Assembly (NCBI RefSeq): GCF_006345805.1
Contig: NC_043010.1
Location: 18,166,001-18,230,000 of the forward strand
From: Octopus sinensis
Taxonomy: Eukaryota
Direction of reading: 5' to 3'
DNA length: 64,000 nucleotides
A model generated the notes under the pieces. That model made no database searches and was not told where the DNA came from. It saw nothing but the letters and a program-made list of their open reading frames with translations. The position numbers and the translations under genes were made by a program. How positions within the stretch are numbered: the first letter of the stretch is position 1; each line of letters starts with the position of its first letter. Shown in pieces: positions 54,002 through 64,000 of this stretch.

Positions 54002-56519
54002 GTATGCTGCAATTCTTCATCTTCTCTCTCATTTTCAGTTTTTTTTTACTTTCTTTTTGTTGCTGTTCAGCCTTAGGTTAGCTCCTACTGAACAGACTGA
54101 CCTTGTCTGGTCAAAGGCCAATCCAGTCATGCCCATACTGTCTTCTATGCAATACTGTACCTCAGAGAACATTATCAAATGTGAGCATTTTTAAGATACT
54201 GTAGTGTTTGATTGGGATTTGGCTGCTATTTTTTGCAGGTTGTTTTCTTGCCAGATGAAATAACATTTTGCTATGATCAACTTCCTTTCTCATATTTGTG
54301 GCGTTAAGTACCAGTTGTATACTGGAGTTGTCATTATTTACCCTATTAAAAAGTGAACTGTAGAATACTTTGTTATAAGCAAAGAAGTTTTAATTAATTA
54401 CAGTTAATAAGAAGAGCATTGTAATTAGCTTGAAGCATTGTAGTCACAGAAGTAGAAAAATAAATGAAATGAGGAAAGCTTTTAACAATGCACAAAGTTT
54501 AAAAAAAAAAACTTTGTTTTGGGTGCAAAGGCCTATCTTCAGAAGGATACAAAGAAGTGTGTGTTTACGTAGATCCTGCCATTTTTGATAGCCAGATGGA
54601 CAATGACTCCATTTTAGTGTGGTGTTTGTTGGTAAGAGACTGGCTGTAGGTTGGCAGCAGTTATGGTGAAGCTGGTCTTCTCCCACTGACCCCAGTGTAA
54701 CCTCTCCGGCACCAACAAGCACCAGGCTGAGGTGGAGTCGTTGCCCATCCAGCTATCAAAAATGGCTGGATCTACACAGACACACTTCTCTTTGACTGTA
54801 TCCTTCGGAAGGTAGACCTTTGTACCTGAAGTATGAAGGTTTTTAAAAAAAATTTGTGCATTGTTAGAAGCTTCCTTTGTTCCATTTAGAATTAAATAAT
54901 TTGTAATGAGAACAATTATTATATAAACATCTAAACTGGTTGTTAACACCACAGTAATTTCTTAATTGAACCAACGGCCAAGAATGTTACATAATGAGTT
55001 TATAAGCAGCATCCCCGGGTAACAGTTTAAAGGAGTTCTTGGTTGTTGATGAAATTTTAACTTAGGGTTGAAGCTAAACTGGCTGATCCCTCTTTTTCTA
55101 TCCACAAAATTATTGTGTGTAAAAACAAGGGGCTTACATCTCCTTATACTTTACGAGCATGTGTGTAGTATGCCTGTATTGGCGATTGGGGTGTTGCAGG
55201 ATTTTGTTTCTTGATAGAACTGGTTCTGCTGTTTTAGTTTGAAGCCTGCAAAAATGCTTTTGTTTTGTTTGTTGGTGTGAGGAGAGAGTTGAGAGAATTG
55301 TTTGCTATGGTTGTAATTAGTGAAGAATAATTATTAGTGAAGAGTAATTATTGTGATTATTATCTCAGTGTGATATGTAACTGGGTGTTGGTATGGGTTG
55401 TATAGAGAGACTAGTTGTGTTGCTGTTCTGTCACCTTTCGTGTTATCTGTATTGTTTTTGCACCAGGACATGGGCTGGATCAAAGTCTACCTTAATGTTT
55501 GGGTTTTAGTTGAGATATACAATAACTTGGTGAGGCTGGTAGGGCTAAATTTATCATAATGTTGTTTTGTTTGTTATGTGTAGTAATTGTTGTTTAGCAA
55601 CAAGTTAGAAGTGATTCAGCTGACTTCTGATCAAAGACTTTCCAGATGTGACCATCCCATTTTTTTTTCTAGATGTTGTTTCTTGGACCACAGTATCTAC
55701 CATGTCTTTCTTTCACCCTTTTAGATGGAATGTAATTTGAATAGAGATTTGACTGCAGTTTCTAGCATATAGACCCTCTCTTATCAGTAGTTGTTGCTTT
55801 AAGCCCTAGGCAGCCCTGATTCAGTACTCCAGTTGTGAGCACCTTAACCTTTTATTCCCAGATATCTGGGACTATGTGTGTTCTTTCTTTTAAGGTGATG
55901 GACTGTAATTAGAGGGAAATTTAGCTACTATTTTGAAATCAAGAAAGAAGCCACATAGAGGCTTCCATGTTTGTTAAACCCTTTAGCATTTAAACCGGCC
56001 CCGTCTGGCCTAGATATTTTCCCTGTTTTATGTTCAGACCAGACAGATCCGGCTTCTCACACCTCTCCTACAATGTTATTCTAAAAATAAACAATCGCAT
56101 CATTGAAATCTCAAAGCTGTGAGATAATGCCGGATTTATTTCAACGAGAATAGAGATTACATTCCGCAGAGAAATCATCATCATCGTTTAATGTCCGTTT
56201 TCCGCGCTAGCACCTGAATGCTAAACGGTTGAGGATGTTGCTAAGGGCAACAATTCCTTCAGGTCTTCAGTATTTTGCTGTTTGTGATTTCTATATTGCT
56301 TTCAACCAACATGTTGATAAAATAAAGTATCACTTAATTCCTGGCATTAACCCTAATTAACCATTTACACCCCCCCTCCTTCCTTAAAACCTGTGATCAA
56401 AATGGCAGCAGTGCAGCTCTTTATTTTCCTTCAGGCAACGAGAATGGAGTTGGTTTCTTTTAGTCTTTCATTTGTTCTGTTCAGGCTTCATATATTTAAA
56501 TTTTTTTTTCCATTTCCAG

Positions 56520-56621
56520 ATCGAAGAAATTGTTGGTAAATATGGTTTAGTGTGCATCAGCCGAGCAGGAAGTGATCCTTACAAGTTTATTTATGAATCT
56601 GATGTATTAACGAAGTACCAG
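56520..56621 (+). CDS. NMNAT: NMNAT coding exon 6 ([34 protein letters not shown])
   Basis: tttccag acceptor, CAG|gtgagt donor, 102 nt, phase 0 to 0. GLVCI.RAG motif. Confidence 0.93.
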
Positions 56622-56824
56622 GTGAGTTGTATTGTATTTATTGAATTTAAAAGAAACAAATATGTACGTATAGTTACATCTGAGCCTCTGTCTTTCAGCT
56701 GCGACATCTGATGTCTCATGGTAAGATTTAAACAAAGTCCCCATTGTATTGATTGTGTTATAGTTTATACTTGCAGTGTGTGCAAACAATGTCAAGACAA
56801 AAGGAAGGCATGCATGCATATATA

Positions 56825-57020
56825 TATAGGTCAGAACGCCATGTTAGATCGTTAGCTCCTACACGCATTTATTTTCTCTCATTTTTTTTCTGTCGAAGAG
56901 CGTAGGCTCGAAACATAAAAGACTTGTTCTATTTCTATTCCTGAGTGCCATACTAATACATTTGTTTGTGTGTACTCCACCTGCCTCCGTCTTTTGTTTA
57001 TTTTCGTAAACCTTCCCGTT
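56825..57020 (+). mobile_element. Short dispersed repeat with a degenerate hammerhead-like core (copy 1)
   Basis: CTGTCGA-A-GAGC-GTAG-GCTC-GAAAC-ATA-AAAG at 56890-56921. The downstream sequence matches 62720-62850. Confidence 0.55.
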
Positions 57021-57146
57021 ATATATATATATATATATCATTGTTTAACGTTGGCTTTCCATGCTGGCATATATATATATATACACACACATATATATAT
57101 ATATATATACACACACATATATATATACACACACACACATATATAT

Positions 57147-57237
<91 letters not shown>

Positions 57238-57333
57238 CATATAGCCTGGTACAGCTCTTGCTCTTGCCACCACCTGTCAAATTGTCCAACACATGCCAGC
57301 ATGGAAAACAGATGCTAAATGGTGATATATATA

Positions 57334-59023
57334 CAGGCTGCGGTGAATAAACTGTTGTCTAAATTATGCAAAAATGAAAATAACCCTGACGTCTCATTTT
57401 AGCAGATATGTTTACCAAAATTACATAAAAATATCTTGAAATACTAAAGAGTAAACTTATTCCATAAAATCGCCAATGACTTCAACCACAGCCTCCAGAC
57501 GTTTTCAGAATCTTCTGCTACTGTTCTGTATGTTCTCCTTGTTTCAGTTGGTGAATGCTGCCATAATCCTTGCCATCAGTTCATTTTTGTTGTAACAAGG
57601 GGTTTTGTTGGTCTATCATTCAACTGCATCCCACACATAATAATTAAGGGGGTTGCAGTCTGGGGAGTTAGGTGGCCAGATGTTAAGGGTGGTGTGGTCG
57701 CAGAAATTGTCTGATAGTCATAACTGGGTTTTCCTGCTTGTGTGGCATGGTGCAGAGTCCTGTTACCAGACGTAGGGTCTTCCAGCAGTCACCCTCTCGG
57801 TCCAGGACAGCACTATCTCCTCCAGGCACCTGATATAGGCATCTGTGTTGAGTGTGAGGCCATATGGGAAGATGAATGGAGGCATAATATTGCCATCAGT
57901 AGTGATCGCTCCAAACACCATGATGTTTGATTTTTATCACTTTCAGTACAGGTCCTCAGATTGACACTCAAACACTCTGAAATGTTCATATTGGAGTTTC
58001 TGACATGAATGTCAAGCAGTACAGTATGTCGTTTCCAAGTTTCTAGCAGAGTGAATTGCATTATGGTGCTGTTTTTCTCACAGACGGTGCCCAACTGACC
58101 CTACTATACTGTCATCATCATCATCATCATCGTCGTTTAACGTCCGTTCTCCATGCTAGCATGGGTTGGACGGTTCGACCGGGGATCTGGGAAGCCAGAA
58201 GGCTGCACCAGGCTCCAGTCTTATCTGGCAGTGTTTCTACAGCTGGATGCCCTTCCTAACGCCAACCACTCCGTGAGTGTAGTGGGTGCTTTTTACGTGC
58301 CACCTGCACAGGTGCCAGGCGAGGCTGGCAACGGCCACGGTCGGATTGGTGTATTTTATGTGCTTTTTACGTACCACCAGACCAGGGATCCTGGCTGGTT
58401 CAATTCGATTTCGCTTGCCCCAACATGTCTTCGCAAGCAAAGGGGGGTTGGCATGGGTGCCTGTCGTCGGATGAGGTTCTATATCGACTTCGCTTGCCTC
58501 AACAGGTCTTTGTGTCCAAGGGAGGAAAGGCATTCATAAGTGGGCTGGGCTCACTTGTCCTGCCTGGTCTTCTCACGTACAGAATATTTCCAACGGTCTC
58601 GGTCGCTGGTCATTTCCTCAGTGAGGCCTAAAGTTCGAAGGTCGTGTTTCACCACCTCGTCCCAGGTTTTCCTGGGTCTACCTCTTCCACGGGTTCCCTC
58701 AACTGCTAAGGATTGGCACTTTCTCACACACCTATCTTCATCCATTCTCGCCACATGACCATACCAGCGCAATCGTCTCTCTTGCACACCACAACTGATG
58801 CCTCTTAGGTACAACATTTCTCTCAAGGTGCTAACGCTCTGTCGAGTATGTACACTGACATTACACATCCATCGGAGCATACTGGCTTCATTCCTCACGA
58901 GCTTACGCATATCCTCGGCAGTCACGGCCCATGTTTCCATGTAGTTGACAAAATCAAAAACAATCAATGCTCATGCACGAAATTAAAGATATAAAATGGT
59001 GACAATTTACTCATCACACCCTG
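57334..59023 (-). mobile_element. Decayed Tc1/mariner element of DD37D (maT) type, interrupted by an RTE LINE
   Basis: Minus-strand translation near 57640-57930: IMVFGAITTDG...YVW*QDSAPCHTSRKTQL*LSDNF...IWPPNSPDCNPLNY, with 37 aa between the QD aspartate and the PL(D/N) position. Related TIRs CAGGCTGCGGTGAATAAACTG and CAGGGTGTGATGAGTAAATTG. Confidence 0.8.
58112..58940 (-). mobile_element. 5'-truncated RTE-clade LINE (ORF2 C-terminus, 3' UTR, (GAT)n tail)
   Basis: ETWAVTAEDMRKL...RLRWYGHVARM...RGRGRPRKTW; the tail reads catcatcat on +. Confidence 0.92.
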
Positions 59024-59051
59024 TGTGTGTGTCATCATCATCATCATCATC

Positions 59052-59096
<45 letters not shown>

Positions 59097-59453
59097 CAAC
59101 ATTTCTCTTTTCTTTATCTTGGTTAATAATTTATGTATATATGAAGAGAGAGAGAGAGAGTGAGTGAGCATCTCTGTCCACAGATTTTACCTCCAAGACA
59201 TTGGTCATCCTGAGGTTGCAACAGATGACATCTGCACACAATAGGAATGAACCCAAAACTGCATATTTGCTAACTTCCTTAGCCAATCCCTATGCCACCT
59301 GTGTGTGTGTGTCTGTTTACCTGTGTAAATTGGTGTGCTGAGATGTGTCTCTTTACATCAAAAGAGATGCATTTAAATTGATGGAATCCATGCTCGACTG
59401 AGGCAGGTACATTATTCCAGCCCAGCGAACGATATATGTGCTTCCTGGTTTAA

Positions 59454-59675
59454 CCCTTTCGTTACTGTATTTATTTTGAGATGCTCTGTGTTCCATTCAA
59501 TTAATTTTAAATATAACAAAGACTTTAGTAAAAGAACTTAGTTATCATTAAGCTAGTGTTGGGAACATAGATTGTGACTAAGGTTCGGTGGAAGATTTTA
59601 ATTCAATACTTATGAAAACAAGACATCTGTACTACAGAGCCAGAGGCAGTTTCAGGCGGGTTGGTATCAAAAGGG
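59454..59675. mobile_element. piggyBac-like MITE
   Basis: TTAA TSD at 59450-53 and 59676-79; TIRs CCCTTTCGTTAC / GTATCAAAAGGG. Confidence 0.75.
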
Positions 59676-61249
59676 TTAAATTTTACTTATACATTTGGTA
59701 GGATTATCTGAAATGCATTACTATCAAATTTTCTATGATTTGGGTCAGGATACAATTTTATAGTAATATATTGAATTGTAATGAATTACATTTATTTCAG
59801 TGGAGAAATATCAATATTTAAGCAAAGTTTTTATTGAGCTTTTTGAATAAATCCCAGTAAATCAATCAGGAGTATTTTTCTATTCAATAAAAAAAGCTGT
59901 TGCCATCGATATTACAACCTCAAATAGCATCAGCACAGTTCTTCCTGCTCTGAGAAAATCTTCCATATTTATTTCTTTATTGCCCAAAAGGGGCTAAACA
60001 CAGAGGGGACAACGGGATTAAGTCGATTACATTGACCCCATTGCATAACTGCTACTTATTTAATCGACCCCGAAAGGATGAAAGGCAAAGTTGACCTAGG
60101 CGGAATTTGAACTCAGAACGTAACGGCAGACGAAATGCCGCTAAGCATTTTGCCTGGCACGCTAAGGTTTCTGCCAACTTGCCGCTGCCTTATATTATTG
60201 AGGCCAATGAATTGCTGAGAGAGTTTCTACATGGTGCTTGACCTGCTAGAAATAGCACCTAAAACTTACCTTCATACTTCACTATCATTATCATCATCAT
60301 TGTTTAATACCTGTTTTTCATGCTGGCATGGGTCGGACAGTTTGACGAGAGCTGGCCATCCAGAGAGGCTGCATGGTTTCTGTGGCTAGTTGCCCTTCTT
60401 AATACCAACCATTTCAAAGAATGTACTGGGTGCTTTTCACGTGACACCAGCATGGTGGAAGCCAAGTCTTTGAATTAGATGTCGAGGAAAGCAAGGAAGC
60501 AAAATCAAGTAATTCCAGTTGAGGTGAAAATGGTAAAATGTTCAAGTGTAGAATGACCAGATGACCAGCAAAAACTTCTCAACAAAACCTTTACATTCAT
60601 GATTAGAAACTGTCCTGGTTTGGTCATATTAACATTTTCTGTAACATTTCCTTTATCTGTGCTTAATAATCCTTTCTTACTCTTGGCACATGGCCTGAAT
60701 TTTGAGGGGAGGGGGATAATTGATTGCATCAACCTCAATGCTTAACTGGTTCTTATTTCATTGACCTTGAAGGGCAAAGTCAGCCTTGGTGGAGTTTGAA
60801 ACCTGAACATTGACGAAATGATGCCAAACATTTTGTCCAGTCTATAATGATTCTGCCAGCTCACTGCCTTCTGCATAACAACAATCCTTTCTACTCTAGG
60901 AACTCAGAACGTAAAGACAGACGAAATACTGCTAAGCATTTCACCCGGAGGCGTGTGGCTTAGTGGTCAGGGTGTCAGCATCATGATCATAAGATTGTGG
61001 TTTCGATTCCTGGACCGGGCGATGCGTTGTATTCTTGAGCAAAACACTTCATTTCATGTTGCTTCAGTCCACTCAGCTGGCAAAAACCTCTGCGATGGAC
61101 TGGTGTCCCATCCAGCTGGGGAACACATATGCCATTGAAACTGGGAAACTGGACCCATGAGCCTGGCTAGGCTTTAAAAAGGCACATTTATTTTTTTTCT
61201 ATTTCACCCAGCATGCTTATGTTTCTGCCAGCTCACCGCCTTATCTACG

Positions 61250-61282
<33 letters not shown>

Positions 61283-61937
61283 TTCAAATTTTGGCACAAG
61301 GCCAGCAGTTTTGAAGGAACGGGTAAGTCCATTACATACACCCTGGTGCTAAACTGGTACTTATTTAATCGACCCCGTAAGGATAAAAGGTAAAGTTGAC
61401 CCCAGAGTGTAGAAATGGGTGAAATGCAGTTACGTATTTCATCCAATGTGCTAACGATTCTGCCAGCTCACTGCCTTATCTATGGTTAATAATAATAATA
61501 ATAATATTTCACATAGACACAAGCTTCACGCGTATTATGTAATGGGGGTAGATTTGGATGTAGAACAGTCATTTGAGTGTATTCTGATATTACATAGCTG
61601 ATGGTTACCTCATCAATCCTCAGTTGTGGCCATAACACTGGTGAACCCCACCCACGGGCCACTTTTGGTTACCTTTAATGGAGTCTAATTCTACCAAATA
61701 CCACAAAGTAATTATTTCAGTGAATATTCCACCATTCCAATAAGGATTTCCAAACAAGTGCAAGACAGCAAACTCGGGCTGTTGTTTTACTTTATTTTAT
61801 TGATCTCTGAAAGAGGAAAAGTGAGGTTGGTCATGCTTGGAATGGGACAGTTTATAATGATTATAATTATAATGTGGATAAGGATAATGTTGATTCTCTC
61901 TCTCTCTCTCTCTCACTCTCATGTCTTTGTATTTCAG

Positions 61938-61996
61938 GACAACATAACAATTGTGACGGAATGGTTAAGTAACGAAATAAGTTCTACCAAAATCAG
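61938..61996 (+). CDS. NMNAT: NMNAT coding exon 7 (DNITIVTEWLSNEISSTKIR); remaining C-terminal exon(s) not found in the window
   Basis: atttcag acceptor, AG|gtcagt donor (phase 2). EW..N.ISSTKIR motif. Confidence 0.92.
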
Positions 61997-62719
61997 GTCA
62001 GTACATCATTTCAGCCAGGGGGTGCTGGTGTTGTCTTCTCTTTTCTTCACTCCACATTCACCTCACTAACATTAGATATAGTTTCTCATCATTATTGTCC
62101 CCATTTTGATGTCCTCTTTCCCATGCTGCATGAGTTGGACAGACTTTGTTGACACTGATTTCGTAGGGCTGGTTGCCCTTCCTGTTGCCAGCCCTCACCT
62201 ATTTCCAAGCAATGGGAATATTTCCTCACCAACCAGACATGTTCTCGCAGGATATTGGAAACAAAGGACACCGCTTGTATGACAGTGACACTCACTTACA
62301 ACTATCAAGCAATCTCAAAGAAAGGAGACAGTAACACACACACTCATCTCGCTCTTTCTATCCTATCAGATAGGTAGATAGATCTCTCTCTCTCTATCAT
62401 CATCATCATTTAACGTCCGTTTTCCATGCTAGCATAAGTTGGATGGTTCGACCGGGGTCTGGGAAGCCAGGAGGCTGCACCAGGCTCCAGTCTGATTTGG
62501 CAGTGTTTCTACAGCTGGATGCCTTTCCTAACGCCAACCACTCCGTGAGTGTAGTGGGTGATTTTTACGTGCCACTGGCACAGGGGCCAGAGGAGGCTGG
62601 CAAACAGCCACAATCGGTTGGTGCTTTCACGTGTCGCTGACACAGACGCCAATCAGGTGGCTCTCTGGCATCTGCCACGTTCGGACTGTGCTTTTTATGT
62701 GTCACCGCTTAATTGTGTT

Positions 62720-62850
62720 CCTTTCTATCAAAGAGCATAGGTTTGAAACATAAAAGACTTACTTACTTCCTGAGCATTAAACTAATACGTCTGTTTGTTG
62801 TTTACACACCCGTCTTCGTTGTTTGTTTTGTTTTCTTGTAAATTCCAACT
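62720..62850 (+). mobile_element. Same repeat family, more decayed (copy 2)
   Basis: ctttctatcaaagagcataggtttgaaacataaaagact...actaatac..tgtttg aligns by eye to 56885-57020. Confidence 0.6.
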
Positions 62851-63109
62851 ATATATATATATATATATATACACACGCATACATACATATACACACAACA
62901 GGTTTCTTTCACTTTCCGTCTACCGAATCTACTACTCCCAAGGCTTTGGTTGGCTTGGGAGCTATAGTAGAGGGCACTTGCTTAAGGTATCACATTATGG
63001 AACTGAACCTGAGACCATGTGGTTGGGAAGCAAACTTCTTAACCACACCTCCACATTCTCTGCTCCCTTCTCTTCCATTCTGTTTCCAGTTCCCCTTTCT
63101 CTGTTTCAA

Positions 63110-63277
63110 CCCTTTAGTATTCAGATTTCTCTGTCAACTCTAACGTTCACTTTGTTTTTAATTAATCCTGCATTATTTCACAGCTTCAAGATTCTAATGA
63201 TGTGATTGTTTATTCTTAGAATGATATTGTAAGGTAAGCGTAAGAGGCCAGATCTGGCTAGTTTCAATGCTAATGGG
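63110..63277. mobile_element. piggyBac-like MITE family (CCCTTTAGCATT ends); related copies ~41925-42150 and ~55979-56230
   Basis: Shared internal sequence (gagatttca..gatgcgattg..agatctgg) and CCCT/AGGG-type ends next to TTAA-like sites. Confidence 0.55.
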
Positions 63278-64000
63278 TTAAGTCAGTTTTATTATCCCAA
63301 TATACTGTTGCCTTCTTTTTCCTGTTTACCCTCACATGCTCTGTGCAACTGGAAGCAAGACTTGATGGAGAACAAACATTTCTAAGATGTGCACGATATA
63401 GTTCAATTGTTATTGTTTCACTCTAGGTTAACCATGACTGAGATACTTAACGATCACTAGTCCAGTCTACCTAGCTGTAAATATATACCACATGATGATG
63501 TAGCTCACTGTACTGTGTCCAAAACAGAGAACTGTCAGTGGATCGCTTTGTTGTATACAGGTACCACAGTGTATTCTACTTCTTCACTACACTGTCTCTG
63601 TCACCCACCTTCCTTGTCCTACTGAGGTAGCCAGGCATCACCTCAATATTAAGAGGGCTACTTCTGACCCCTCGTATACTCTAATCTCTCAGTTCCACTC
63701 CCTCTTTCATCTGAGAGGTCCTTGTCTTGTGACATTGCAAGTGCTGGTGCCACGAAAAAAAAAAACACCTGTGCTGCTGCCACATATAACACACAGGTTC
63801 TAGTGCCATGTAAAAAAAAACCCATGTTGGTACCACATTTAAAGTATCTAGTACAATCTGTAAAGTGGTTGGCATTAGGAAGGGCATCCAGCCCTAGAAA
63901 TCCCAATTGGAGCCTGGTGCAGTTCTCTGGCTTGCCAACTGCTGTCAAACTGTCCAACCCATGCCAGCATGGAAAACTGACATTAAATGATGATACACTG

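Noticed and set aside
61997-64000. Final NMNAT coding exon
   Set aside because: No phase-2 exon with the expected C-terminal sequence was found; it probably lies beyond the window.

Overview
Eukaryotic, AT-rich, microsatellite-dense genomic DNA. The SINE/RTE repeat families and (TA)n/(CA)n/(ATT)n density suggest an octopus (coleoid cephalopod) genome; this is an inference. Three host genes are supported: (1) a + strand C2H2 zinc-finger ORF (6149-7615) with a 4+2 Ikaros/Hunchback-like finger layout; (2) an intronless - strand ORF (33440-31536) whose motifs line up, by eye, with Fanconi anemia group C protein (FANCC); (3) a + strand NMNAT gene, divergent from FANCC, with 7 coding exons in the window (38379-61996) and its last exon(s) not found in the window. 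The NMNAT introns hold a full-length hAT transposon (intact transposase, TIRs, perfect 8-bp TSD), an inverted pair of Merlin-like MITEs flanking exons 2-3, several long hairpins, a decayed maT element with a nested RTE LINE, and minimal hammerhead-ribozyme motifs. One of these motifs sits inside a perfect 66-bp hairpin. Elsewhere there are decayed CRE-like, Penelope-like and pogo-like elements and a ~962-bp tandem duplication bounded by (TA)n. All homology calls come from recalled motifs; no searches were run. Repeat boundaries are approximate unless TIR/TSD positions are given.
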